A DNA stretch of 62,822 nucleotides, filler included, from Sanchytrium tribonematis (taxonomy: Eukaryota), in the NCBI GenBank assembly GCA_018985235.1. It is 5 parts of 5 records of this genome, joined end to end, with 100 filler letters (N's around TTAATTAATTAA, not from the genome) between each part and the next. Parts side by side here need not be neighbours in the genome. Positions count along the whole stretch, not along the records: positions 50,383 to 62,822 come from JADGIG010000217.1; 4 more parts are not named here. One strand, given 5' to 3'. Below are positions 52,303-62,822 of the stretch, one piece after another. The translations under genes and the position numbers were made by a program. Numbering within the stretch: position 1 is the first letter of the stretch; each line of letters opens with the position of its first letter. A model generated the notes under the pieces. The model had not been told where the DNA came from and ran no database searches. It worked only from the letters and a program-made list of their open reading frames with translations.

Positions 52303-54571
52303 ATGGCAACAACCGCCAGTAAGAATTTTAAAAATCAAACAAATGCTGTTGAGGATGGTGATTTAAACCACTCTCCTGTCTATCGAGCAAATCCACAAAA
52401 TATGAATGGACAAGGCGCAACCTTAACCAGCAAATTATACAAAGCTCATCCCACCATGGAAAATGTAGACTCAATTCACACAGCCTTTAAATATGGATAC
52501 AATTTGGGCCCTAACAATCGATGTCTGGGAAGAAGGCAGGCAAATGGCTCTGATTTTTTGAAAAAATACAAGTGGTATTCATATGATGACATTGAAATTC
52601 TTCGAAATGCCTTAGGGAGCGGATTGATGCAACTAAGTGAAAACTACTGTGCTAATAATTTACCAGATTCAAAAAAATTCGAAAAAGGAAAAGAATTGAC
52701 GTCTGAAGCTTTAAGAAACATAGGAATCATGAGTATCAATAAGCCAGAATGGACAGTTTTTGATTTGGCATGTGCGGCCTACTCTAGGGTTAATGTTCCT
52801 ATATATGACACTTTTGGAGAAGATGCTATTGAACACATTATCAATCACGCAAACTTGGGAATTGTCTTGGCCACAGCAGACAAGCTTCAAAGCATCCTAT
52901 CTTGTGCAAAAAAATGTCCTTGCCTTAAGGTAGTAGTCTGCATTGATTCCTTTAGTGAGGCAGATCAGCTTGAGAGCTTTTTGAAGCTAGATAACTCTCA
53001 CCTTCAAATTTTCAAAAACGGAAAAATCTCATCTCCAAAATATAGCTCTGTATATAAAACACCATCTGAAACTGTTCCGCTGACGTCTGCTAAATTGAAG
53101 GACTACCTTCTGCTTCTAAAATCTTGGGCCATTAGCAATAATGTAAAATTTCTTACCTTTGAGGAAGTTTTACATTTAGGTCGCAACAAGCCTGTTCCAC
53201 ATATACCTCCTCTTCCAACAGACATTGCTACAATTTCTTATACCTCTGGTACAACTGGTATGCCTAAAGGTGTAATTTTATCACACCTAAATTTTGCATC
53301 GACCATTCAGTTTCCAGTCTTTGCGAATTTTAAATTTATGCCCGAAGAAGATTGCTTAATAAGCTATTTACCCCTAGCACATATTTTCGGTCGAGTTTGT
53401 GAGCTGTCTATTCTTGTTTGCGGTGCAAGGGTTGGATATTATAGTGGCGATGTTCTCCGTTTAGTTGAAGATATTCAAATTTTGCAACCAACATTTTTTC
53501 CTTCAGTTCCTAGACTACTGAATAGAATATACATACAAATACAGGAAGCTACAGTGAAAAGATCTGGAATTCTGGGATATTTGTTCAGAAATGCATTTGC
53601 TACTAAGATTGAAAATTTGAAACATAGGCAAAATTGGCACACTCTTATCGATAATTCACCTCTTTTTTCCAAGTTAAGAGCAATTCTTGGTGGTAAATTG
53701 AAGGTGGTAATTACAGGAAGCGCACCTATCGATGACTCTGTATTGACTTTTCTAAGAGCTTGTTTTGGATGTATATTTGTACAAGGGTATTTGTATTTAA
53801 TGAAGTTATGGGCAAACAGAAACATGTGCCGGAAGTTGCGTCTCTCTTCTTGATGATTATGATGCAGGACACACAGGGGTCCCAATTCCCTGCAATGAAA
53901 TTCGATTAGAAAGTGTACCGGAAATGAACTATAATGTTACAGATAAGCCTTTTCCTAGAGGTGAAATTCTGTACAGAGGCTACAACGTATTTAGTGGTTA
54001 CTGGAGGGATCCTCAGAAAACGAAAGAAGCACTCAAGGATGGATGGCTTTATTCTGGTGATATTGGCTCAATGGATAAATACGGAAGACTCCGAATCATT
54101 GATCGAAAAAAAAATATTTTCAAGCTTTCTCAAGGAGAGTATATTGCTGTAGAGAAAATTGAGGGTGTTTATGCAAAAAATAGTAACGTCATGCAAATTT
54201 TTATTTACGGGGACTCATTGGAAAGTTATTTAGTGGCAATTGTTGTTCCAAACCCTCCCGTGTTTGCTCAGTTGGTTCAAAAATTAAAGAATGTGACAAT
54301 TTCAGTACCACTAGATGCCACCAAGGCATATTTAGAAACTAACTTTCAAAAAATGTGCGAAGATCCAGCAATATCTGATGCCATTTTCGCTTCACTAAGT
54401 GAAACAGGCTCTAAAGCTAGTTTGAAAGGATTTGAGCAGATTAAAAAGATAAAATTGATTGCGGAACCGTTTTCAATCGAGAATGGGTTGATGACACCAT
54501 CATTCAAAACTAAAAGAAATGAAGCCAAAGTTTTTTTTCAAAACCAAATCAAAGAAATGTACGGAAAATAA
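52303..54571 (+). CDS. Long-chain acyl-CoA synthetase, join(52303..53786,53806..54571)
   Basis: YTSGTTGMPKG, SYLPLAH, TGSAP, QGYGQTE (after splicing), PRGEI, GWLYSGDIG, IIDRKKNIFKLSQGEYIA. Confidence 0.96.
53787..53805 (+). other. 19-nt spliceosomal intron, phase 2 (GTATTTGTATTTAATGAAG)
   Basis: Removal rebuilds the adenylation motif QG|YGQTE. Confidence 0.95.
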
Positions 54572-54579
54572 ATTTATTA

Positions 54580-56490
54580 CTATAATGATTTGCAGAACAT
54601 AGTATAAAGCTCCTTAAAAGTTTCTTGATTGTGGTTCATTAGCTTTTTAATTTTAGACGACAGTTCAATTAATTCTTCTTTTAGTTCCAAGGAATTAGAT
54701 CTCTTTAATTTGCTCTCGTTGAATCGGGATTCCATCATATATTCCAACACGTTTTCGGAAACTCTTTTCTGAATAACAAGGTAAACTTCGCTATCAACAG
54801 ACAATGTACGATCCACAAGTTGGTTCAATATTTTCTTTTCTAAATTTGTTAAAGGAAACCCTCTTACAATGCCCGCGTCATTCGCCAATTGGGTTGTCAC
54901 ATTATCCATTGTGGTTTGTGCATCATTAAGAATCAACCATAAAATCTTCTTTAATTTTTGCAAATGCTCAGTGGTGCATTTTCTTGATGCAAACTGTTTA
55001 AATAGTATTAGTAATGTGTTCATAATGGAAATATCTTGCCAATCGTTATGTAATTGATTTAAACGAATTTGGTCAAATCTGAAAGTCTCAGGTAGTCCTT
55101 GAAAAGTCTCACACATGTACGAATTTGTGATTATTTTCATTATTGCAAAGTCATAGAAATTTGATTTGTCCAATTTTTCAAGTTTAAAGTCATTCAGAGA
55201 TTGTTTTATCCAATTTTTGGTCAAAACTGTGGATATCTGATTAGTTTCCAATTGTTGTTTAAAATACCTCCATTCAAATTCTGGTGCTCGTAATGCTATT
55301 AATGGTCTTAGCTTTCTCAAATTGTGATTAGCGAAATCTAACCTCATATGTTCTAAAATAGCCAAGCACTTGTTGAGAGCGTCGACATGAAATCTCGCTT
55401 GGTACAACGCCACCATATCGTCGATTAATTCATCGCGACAAGGGGCGCAGTAAATGTGCATTATCTTGGCCAATGAGAATATATAAGGCACTCCATTATC
55501 CATGTCATCTGAAAGACGTTCCACTATTGCATCGACATCCCAACTTTTGAGCTCGGCTTCCACGTCCTCTGCATCAGGAAACATTTCCAGCATAATTTCC
55601 TTAATCTCTCTGATCAAAATTGGCATTCTGACAAATTCACCTGAATTATTATTAACAGCAAAAATCTCTTTTTCGATTTGATTCCAATATTGTGTGGCTC
55701 GAATTGACTTGACTGAACCCTTTTCACCTTCTGTATTTGGACGAAACTGTAGATCCTGGTCAAATATTAAATCATGTCTTAATTGCATGTTTGAATATAT
55801 CTCAGTAACATCCAATTCTCGAAGTGTGAACCTCGAAATTGGTGGCATCAAATGTTTTAAATCTAAAGGTGCCTTTTCTCTGCATTTTTCAGTCTTAGTG
55901 TATGAGGCTATGATTTCAGAATTATCGTTGAGTTTTTTGACAGTATTTTTTGAATTTTGGCGGCCAATTGCCTGTGCTTTTTGAAGTTTTCTCAAATTAC
56001 AAATAGTAATTGCCTTTTCAACTGCACTCGCGGATTTTTCAACACGTCTCCACAAATACGTCTGTCTTCTCAAATATGCCAAGCTTTGCTTGTATTCCAT
56101 ATCTGCTTTGATTTGTACTAGTCTTTGGTTTTTTCTATGTTGAAATAATATTAGTCTTTTTCTGATTTCAACTTGCTTCCAAGACAGCTGCATTATACGA
56201 TCCGAAATAAAATTCAATCTCTTGAAAGCAGCACGAACTAGTTTGGAAGAAATTGGCAACATTATAGATTTAGCGTGCTTCTTTTCTGGAAAGCGTCCTA
56301 AGTGTAAAGGCATCATACGCATTTCTTCAATATCATAGAAATATCCAACTGACTTACCATAAACTTTTTTCACAGTTCTAGTTTTCTTAGGCCTGAAACT
56401 GTCCGCAACTTTGCGAGCTGGCATTGGGTACAACTTAGTTGCAGAATAGGTAGCTTCAACTGGACTAGACAATTGGGTTGATGGAATCAT
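54580..56490 (-). CDS. TCP11/Sok1-family protein
   Basis: LRHDLIFD..LQFRPN..G..G..K...A..YW, CAP.RD, M.LD.AN..L..LRP, LPETF.FD..RL. Confidence 0.9.
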   Translation of the reverse strand: MIPSTQLSSPVEATYSATKLYPMPARKVADSFRPKKTRTVKKVYGKSVGYFYDIEEMRMMPLHLGRFPEKKHAKSIMLPISSKLVRAAFKRLNFISDRIMQLSWKQVEIRKRLILFQHRKNQRLVQIKADMEYKQSLAYLRRQTYLWRRVEKSASAVEKAITICNLRKLQKAQAIGRQNSKNTVKKLNDNSEIIASYTKTEKCREKAPLDLKHLMPPISRFTLRELDVTEIYSNMQLRHDLIFDQDLQFRPNTEGEKGSVKSIRATQYWNQIEKEIFAVNNNSGEFVRMPILIREIKEIMLEMFPDAEDVEAELKSWDVDAIVERLSDDMDNGVPYIFSLAKIMHIYCAPCRDELIDDMVALYQARFHVDALNKCLAILEHMRLDFANHNLRKLRPLIALRAPEFEWRYFKQQLETNQISTVLTKNWIKQSLNDFKLEKLDKSNFYDFAIMKIITNSYMCETFQGLPETFRFDQIRLNQLHNDWQDISIMNTLLILFKQFASRKCTTEHLQKLKKILWLILNDAQTTMDNVTTQLANDAGIVRGFPLTNLEKKILNQLVDRTLSVDSEVYLVIQKRVSENVLEYMMESRFNESKLKRSNSLELKEELIELSSKIKKLMNHNQETFKELYTMFCKSL

Positions 56491-56536
56491 CAATTGCAAA
56501 ATTCCAACACATATTTAAATTATGAATTTGCGCATT

Positions 56537-56617
56537 TGATTGGAAATGTATGATTGGACACGGAACAATTATTGTTGTCGGGAATTTAAAACAAAGGTAT
56601 TTGTACTCAATGATTGG
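56537..56617. promoter_or_regulatory. Three inverted CCAAT boxes (TGATTGG) in a divergent promoter
   Basis: TGATTGG at 56537, 56551 and 56611, matching the NF-Y/Hap consensus CCAATCA. Confidence 0.5.
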
Positions 56618-56703
56618 GTGGTAATTTGGACTTCAACGATATACAATAGCTTCTAATTTTGGGATATTTGATTCTTTCATGAATACTCCTAATTTCATAT
56701 TTT

Positions 56704-58429
56704 ATGTCAGACAAAATAGAGGTTGTCAATAATGAGAAAGAAAATATTAGTCTTTCTAAAAGCAAGCGGCAAGAATTTATAAACCAAATGAATAGTCTTT
56801 TTGAAGATGGACAAAACTATGTGCAAGTAATGAAGGATCTGCAATCAACCATCGAAGAACCCAAGGCGAAAAAAGTAAAGAAAGAGTCCTCATTTGATGG
56901 AACGTTAATGGATTTTCAAGAACTGGGTCTCAAATTTTTGTATAATAGCTGGATGTGTGGCATGAATGGAATTCTTGCGGATGATATGGGTTTAGGTAAG
57001 ACAATTCAATGCTTGGCATTTTTTGCAAAACTTTTTGATGGGAACACAATGGGAAGGGTACTAGTTATTTGTCCTAGTGCTGTTGTCTATAATTGGGTAT
57101 CTGAGGCAGAAAGATTCACGCCAGACATTCCAGTAATTATGTATTTAGGAAACAAAGCTGAGAGAAAAGCACTTTTTGGTAAAATGCCAAAAGATTGTAT
57201 CCTTGTCACTTCTTATCAGATTTACATGAACGATGCCAGTGTTATGAATGCTAGACGATATAATATTTGTGTCGTGGATGAGGCACACAGACTCAAAAAT
57301 CATAGATGTAAACTATCAACATTGATGGATGGAATGATAGCAGACGATAAAATCCTACTTACTGGAACTCCTTTACAAAATGACATTGTGGAATTATGGT
57401 CTCTTTTAAAATTTTGCCTTCCAAATATATTCGATAAGAGTTTCCATATCTTCGAAGATTGGATGGAGGAAATCAAAGATACCAAAGCCAAATCAAAGAG
57501 CGAGCTTGTATTTAAAATGAAAAAAATAATTGAGCCGCATCTTCTACGAAGAATCAAAAAAGATGTGTTTCCGGACATGTTAAACAAAAAGAGTTTCTTG
57601 GTTTATTGTCCAATGACAAAACATCAAAAGCACTTATACGACTCCACTTCAGACGGAGAAAAATTGAAGTCCTGCATACTCGAATATTTGGGATCATATG
57701 ACAAATTGGAAAGAACTTTGAAAGTGGCATTTGGAAAAATTAAAGCTGCTTCAGAAACTATGAGACAATTAAAAATTTGTTGCCATCCATTTTTGTACCC
57801 TGTTCTAGACATTAAAAGACCATTTGAATTGTATGAGGGGAGTGGGAAGTTCTGTGTATTGTTCCAGCTTCTAAGAAACTTGTTTGAAGATAAGGAAAAC
57901 AAAGTTATTATTTTTACTCAATTTGTTGACATAATTTACCTTATCGGAGAGGCCTGCGATTCTTTGGACTGGAAATACTCATTTTTAAGTGGCAATACCA
58001 AATTGGATGAGCGAGAGATTCAGATTGAAAATTTTCAAAATGATCCAGAAAATAGAATTTTCATTGCGACCACTCGAAGCGGTGGTTTGGGATTGAATCT
58101 AACATCAGCAAATCATGTAGTGCTCTATGATCTTGATTGGTATAATTTTATAATTTAGGAACCCACAAATGGACTGTCAAGGTGAAGATCGGGCTCACCG
58201 CTATGGACAGAAGCGGCAAGTATCTGTATATAGATTGATTACAGAAAGTTCGGTAGAAAATAGAAAATTCGACCGCGCCGAATTTAAATTGGAGCTTCAT
58301 AAGCAAATATTGGAAGAAGAGACCGAAAAATACACTATTGTAGGCAAAAAATTTAGAAAACTGCGTAATAATAGCATCGATTTTGAAAATCCTATTCTTG
58401 AAGACGACTTGAAAACGTTATTTATGTAA
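56704..58429 (+). CDS. SNF2-family helicase (HELLS/DDM1/Irc5-like), join(56704..58139,58159..58429)
   Basis: [46 protein letters not shown] (after splicing), EDRAHRYGQ. Confidence 0.9.
58140..58158 (+). other. 19-nt spliceosomal intron, phase 2 (GTATAATTTTATAATTTAG)
   Basis: Removal rebuilds the conserved SNF2 motif YDLDW|NPQMDCQ. Confidence 0.95.
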
Positions 58430-58444
58430 ACTTTGTACAATAAA

Positions 58445-58891
58445 CTATCTTAAAAACAATTTTAATCGAACTGCATCTGAGCCATTCATATAATATCTTT
58501 GCAAATATTTGTCTCTAATGAAACCAAAAGAGGTGTATAATTTCATTGCACCCTTATTTGATAACTCTGTCTCAAGAACTATTTCTTTGACGCCATCAAA
58601 CTTGTGAAAATGTAGTATAGCATGTTTGACTAACTTTTTTGCCAATCCCTGTCTTCTGTAGTGCGGCTCCACTGCCAGCATGGCTATGTACCCACGATTT
58701 CTATCTGATTCCAATCTGCAAATTAATCCTCCTGCCATTTGGTTCTGATCGTCATTGATTATCCAAGTCAATTCGGGCCAATTATGCAAAAAATAGCGGT
58801 ATGTATAAATAGAGTAAGGCTCGCTCAGTGATTTGTTGATAAGATTAACAAGTGGCTCAGTGTCAGTTTGTTGAAATTGCCTAATCTTCAT
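58445..58891 (-). CDS. MAK3: NatC N-terminal acetyltransferase catalytic subunit Mak3/Naa30
   Basis: LSEPYSIYTYRYF..NWP, RGYIAMLAV, LETE..N..A..LY..FGF.RDK.L.RYY.NG.DA.RLKL. Confidence 0.95.
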   Translation of the reverse strand: MKIRQFQQTDTEPLVNLINKSLSEPYSIYTYRYFLHNWPELTWIINDDQNQMAGGLICRLESDRNRGYIAMLAVEPHYRRQGLAKKLVKHAILHFHKFDGVKEIVLETELSNKGAMKLYTSFGFIRDKYLQRYYMNGSDAVRLKLFLR

Positions 58892-58915
58892 AATACAAAG
58901 GAGAAAATACTAGAT

Positions 58916-60263
58916 TTACTGAAAGTGGCTATAAGGTGTTGGGCTACTGGATGTTCGTTTATATTGTTTAGTGGAGTTTTTTGCGGTCAAAACTTTTTTT
59001 GAAGAGGCTCTGGAAGAATTCTTTGAGGGTGGTTTAGGAGTAGGATCATGGTAATCTTGGTTGTAATATAACAGAGGATTTCTGTCAGGTGTCGCATTAA
59101 CTAAGGAAGACGGATCAAAATACGGCACCGGATTCCTGTAAATATCCGGAGAAGACAGTACGGACCCGCCGACTGTTTCTGTTGGTGACGGCATATAATA
59201 TTGAGGCCGCTCACTTTGTATCGGAGAAACTGGCATGTATTGGGGCTGATCAAAAGATGCTGGACCAGGATGTAAATATATATTAGTATCAATAGGTGGA
59301 GGTAATTTTTGATACTGAGGTTGGTACTTATTCAAGGACTGTAAACTTTGCCTTTTGACATCCGCATACTCAAAATATGGATCCTCAACTTGAGGGTACT
59401 TCGGTTGGAGCATTCTTGAATCATTATGCTTCATAAGGTCTCTTTCGCTTATTATGTTGGTTAAACGTTTCTCAATTTTCACTTCTACATATTTCCGAAC
59501 ACTTCCTTGAATCACGCAAAAAAATAAAGGAATCAACAAAATATACGAAATAGCTAAAAATATTAGATTCAACACCCAAGATGCACACACTATTATCATT
59601 GAAAATATCGCCAGATTCTGCGTGTCTGACCAATTATTAGAAATATTCTTGGTGACATCGTATAATACGCCCTGTTTCCACAAAAAATATAGAGCTATAA
59701 AATTAAGAATTCTCCTAGGACCATCAGCTAGCAATAGCCTTAATTAATAATCAATACCGTTTCCAATTGGAAAAGTGGGTGTAAACAAAAAATGCAACAT
59801 GATCCGAAAATGACCTACTTTCTAAAATATGCTTGAAAAAGCAATAATGTTCATATCCCTTAATAGAATAATACCTTTGAGCCAATTTTGATGTGAATGA
59901 CTTTGCAATGTGACCAGACTGAATGATCCGATAAGCACGAATCATGTCAAAGCTTAGTAAAATTAGAGTTATGATAATGCAAAGAATATAAACAGGTGCA
60001 TATAGCATCTTTAAGTAGATTTCAAATGAAAAATTGGAGTTCGTTTTTAATAATGAGTTGAATGAATTCGAGTTAAACGCGGAAATTCCTAAAAATATTC
60101 CAATGAAAATATCGGTCATGAGAATAAATATTGATTTAAATATTAATAGATACATAAATATGTAAGTGATTATGTATTTGAGAGATCTGAAGCGGTCCAA
60201 TTTGATGTCCTCGTATGTATAATTGACTGTGAAATAATTTTTCCATTTATTCACCAAACACAT
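58916..60263 (-). CDS. Kch1/Kch2-like fungal membrane protein, join(60263..59758,59738..58916)
   Basis: A.RII.SG.IA.SF, RYYS...Y..YCFF, VAFFVY..F.NWKR|LLLADGPR..N, I.G....Y...KI.KR; Pro-rich tail. Confidence 0.82.
59739..59757 (-). other. 19-nt spliceosomal intron, phase 2 (GTATTGATTATTAATTAAG)
   Basis: In-frame TGA inside; removal gives NWKRLLLADGPRR and joins two ORFs. Confidence 0.9.
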
Positions 60264-60371
60264 TGTTTCGAATTTATAAACGTGACGGGATTTCTGAATG
60301 CCTTGATAAGAAGGAAAGCGCCATCTAACTCTCAAATTCGAAATCCGCTAGTTTACTCCTCAATTTTTTAA

Positions 60372-60626
60372 ATGAAATTATTATCTAGCCAAATCATTAC
60401 AAATGAAGAAGCGTCGCAATATATGAGAGTAGAATTTGAAAAAAATTGCGCTTCCCTGTACTTTAAATTGAAAGATTACAAATTGGAGCAACACGAATTA
60501 ATCTCTATTTTGAATTTAAAGCCGAATTACATCTGTTTATACAGCATTATTCCTGATCTAGAAAGTCGGTTTAAGTCTGAGGAAATTAAAGAGCTGCTTT
60601 ATTTAATTGAAACATCTAAGGAATAA
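60372..60626 (+). CDS. RNA polymerase III subunit Rpc17/RPC9 (Rpb4 family)
   Basis: MK.L....ITN.E, L...EL..ILNLKP, Y.II.D.E.RF..E.I.ELL. Confidence 0.72.
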   Translation: MKLLSSQIITNEEASQYMRVEFEKNCASLYFKLKDYKLEQHELISILNLKPNYICLYSIIPDLESRFKSEEIKELLYLIETSKE

Positions 60627-60627
60627 A

Positions 60628-62088
60628 CTATTTACCCTTTTTCTTTTTATAGTGCTTTTTTGAATTGGTAATTGTGGAGTTTACTTGACCCTTAAAATCC
60701 TGACTAGCAAAGACACCTTTAGTTTGAGCCTTGACTGCTGCTTTGGGGTCAAAAAATTCATCGTCAAGTATCTCGACATTGGTTTTTTTAGTATATAAAT
60801 TGCCAGATTCATCATAAAAGTTAAATTGACCTTGATATTTTGGTGGCGGCTCTGCGTAGACAAGCTTCCCTTCAACATAATCTTTTAGCAATATTCTAGC
60901 ACTTCTTGAGATATCAGGAACACCAAATCCTGATGTCATGAATCCTCTAGCTCTAGCCAAAACAGAAAGACATTCCTCAGCATCCACTTCTTTTGGTAAC
61001 CGTATTCCGTACATTTTGCTGAAATGTCCCGCTGGTATTCTATTGACAATAAGTGCACATGGAGAAAGATAATCTTTCAAGTTGTCAATCGGAAGGATCC
61101 CGTTGCATACCATATCTGCCCTCGTGGTGGCAAATGATGGGAAAACAAGACCTGGACAATCACAAAGACACAACTGGGAATTAAGCATCAAAGTCTGAAA
61201 ATGTTTGGTCTTTCCAGGAGTGCTGCTTACTGTTACTTTTTTAGAACCTACCATTGCATTAATTGTTGATGATTTACCGACGTTTGGGTGACCACAAAAT
61301 GAAATTGTTTTCATATTTGGTGTCTTAGGAGACGGATGCAAAGGTGGTGGACATCGTTTGTAAAGTTCTGTGATTAATGAATCCACATCAAGCACATCAT
61401 TAAGATGATCTCCTTCCTCTTGTTTAGCCGAGAAAAATACAAACTCAATATTGTTTTTTCTAAAATATTGCTTCCAAATAATCCTTTGATCTTCTGATAA
61501 CAAATCTGCCTTGTTAACTAAGAGTAGATTCTTCTTTCTGCTATCAACCTCATGAACATATTTTTCCAAATCCGAACATCTAAATAGCAAAGGGTTCCTG
61601 GCATCCACGATCTGTACGATGAGATCTCCTCTCTCAACCACTCTCCAAAGTTCTTTCCAAACCATCAGATTTTTCTCAAAAGGCGTCATCAATAGATTAT
61701 GGGTTTCTTCTATTTCTGCAAGTTGGCCTCTCCATTTTAAAAACTCCTCATTCTCAACAGAATGCAGTTCTTCCTTTGATGTATTTGAGTCCCATTTGGG
61801 TCTGCGAGGTAATTTGATGTTAACTTGCAACTTCTCAAAAGATTCTATCATCTTTTGCTCTTCCTCCGGCGTTAGTATATTATATTTTTTCTTTTTAACG
61901 ACTGTCTGAGAAATAAATTTAACATGAAGTTTTTCTGATTCAAAATTGGTTCCATCCAAAGAAGCTTGTGCTAAAAAGTCATCTAATTCATTTTCTTTTG
62001 TATTACTCATGAGCTCATTTTTTCCTGGAAGAGGATCCAATTTCTGTTTTCGTTGTCTATTAATCAGCGCCTTTCCCAAATCTGACAT
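60628..62088 (-). CDS. LSG1: 60S export GTPase Lsg1
   Basis: LG.ALI, PRRP.W, TPFEKN..VW..LWRV.ER.D..VQIVDARNPL, NKADLL, GHPNVGKSSTIN, TPGKTKHFQT, DCPGLVFP. Confidence 0.96.
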   Translation of the reverse strand: MSDLGKALINRQRKQKLDPLPGKNELMSNTKENELDDFLAQASLDGTNFESEKLHVKFISQTVVKKKKYNILTPEEEQKMIESFEKLQVNIKLPRRPKWDSNTSKEELHSVENEEFLKWRGQLAEIEETHNLLMTPFEKNLMVWKELWRVVERGDLIVQIVDARNPLLFRCSDLEKYVHEVDSRKKNLLLVNKADLLSEDQRIIWKQYFRKNNIEFVFFSAKQEEGDHLNDVLDVDSLITELYKRCPPPLHPSPKTPNMKTISFCGHPNVGKSSTINAMVGSKKVTVSSTPGKTKHFQTLMLNSQLCLCDCPGLVFPSFATTRADMVCNGILPIDNLKDYLSPCALIVNRIPAGHFSKMYGIRLPKEVDAEECLSVLARARGFMTSGFGVPDISRSARILLKDYVEGKLVYAEPPPKYQGQFNFYDESGNLYTKKTNVEILDDEFFDPKAAVKAQTKGVFASQDFKGQVNSTITNSKKHYKKKKGK

Positions 62089-62134
62089 TATACTCTCCTA
62101 GTGTTAGCCTTTTTTTGCAAATGATTTTTGTAAC

Positions 62135-62818
62135 ATGAATTTTAATTCATACATTAATGAATCAGCAAAGTACATGTTACCTGCCTCGTCTGAGTATTGG
62201 ACGGAAAAGCAAGTTTTTTTTAATAGCCAAGTACAGTTGGAAATTAATTCAAAATACTTTGGGGCAATAGTAAACGAAAATTATGGCCTTGTATACGGAT
62301 TGACGCTTCACAAGAGCAGTCATTATGACCATTATATTAATGCTTTCTGTCTATATAAATTAGGCAATGCCGATGGATGTGCCAAAGAACTTGAGGAATT
62401 GTTACCCAAAATCCCAACAAACCAAAAAGTCTTTTTAAGTGCTATCCATTATTATTTAGGTGTTTGTTATATTAGTACTCCAAAATTAAAGCTGTATGTT
62501 TTGCAGTCCTTTGAATTATGGTGTGGCAATTACGATGCTTTTGATTACTTACTTCGATACGACATCATACCTTCTCAAGAGAAAACCAATTTGGCTCACA
62601 TTATATCACAAATTAATAATGACATTATAAAAGACCTTTACTGGTGTCGACTTGCTTCCTGTGGCCCTGTCATGCTTGAGATATCTAATCTTAATATGCT
62701 TGAAGATGAAGACGATCCAATGGATTCTGATTATACACCATCCACGACCTCCTATACTCAAACTAATGGTAATTCCGAGGTTCCGATCACTCTCACCGAA
62801 GTGCTAGAATATTGCTAA
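62135..62818 (+). CDS. TPR-like hypothetical protein (weak resemblance to the APC6/Cdc16 N-terminus), at contig end
   Basis: A.CLYKLG...C...L, YYLG.CY, ...YDAFDYL helical repeats. Confidence 0.45.
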   Translation: MNFNSYINESAKYMLPASSEYWTEKQVFFNSQVQLEINSKYFGAIVNENYGLVYGLTLHKSSHYDHYINAFCLYKLGNADGCAKELEELLPKIPTNQKVFLSAIHYYLGVCYISTPKLKLYVLQSFELWCGNYDAFDYLLRYDIIPSQEKTNLAHIISQINNDIIKDLYWCRLASCGPVMLEISNLNMLEDEDDPMDSDYTPSTTSYTQTNGNSEVPITLTEVLEYC

Positions 62819-62822
62819 AAGA

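Noticed and set aside
53787..58158. Pseudogene or programmed-frameshift reading of the split ORFs
   Set aside because: Every break is a GT-AG segment of the same length and consensus whose removal restores the motif with no extra residues
62801..62821. Possible 21-nt intron removing the stop of the last ORF
   Set aside because: No A at -6, and the contig ends, so it cannot be evaluated

Overview
AT-rich, extremely gene-dense eukaryotic nuclear DNA in the standard genetic code. It is not one locus: five contigs of steadily decreasing length (12556, 12483, 12479, 12464, 12440 nt) are joined by artificial 100-nt N44-TTAATTAATTAA-N44 spacers. It holds about 50 mostly housekeeping genes of fungal type (Osh-, Sok1-, Kch1-, Gwt1-like) plus a centriole protein (FOR20/CEP20). 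This points to a genome-reduced zoosporic fungus or close holomycotan relative; a sanchytrid-like lineage is my guess, not a demonstration. The main result is a uniform class of ultra-small spliceosomal introns. Eight are exactly 19 nt and one is 20 nt, all GT...TNATNNAG with an invariant A six nt from the 3' end. Each restores a conserved protein motif when removed, and eight of nine lie in the 3' part of their gene. Other genome-wide signals are stop codons embedded in AATAAA, a (T/A)(T/C)(T/C)CC(CC) motif just upstream of start codons, divergent genes 10-60 nt apart, and abutting or overlapping convergent genes. Notable genes are a NUDT5-PhyH fusion, a bacterial-type chorismate mutase-prephenate dehydratase, an OafA-type acyltransferase, a CIB-family EF-hand protein and a SAP-like plus chromodomain protein. 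No rRNA, tRNA, CRISPR array or transposon was recognised.
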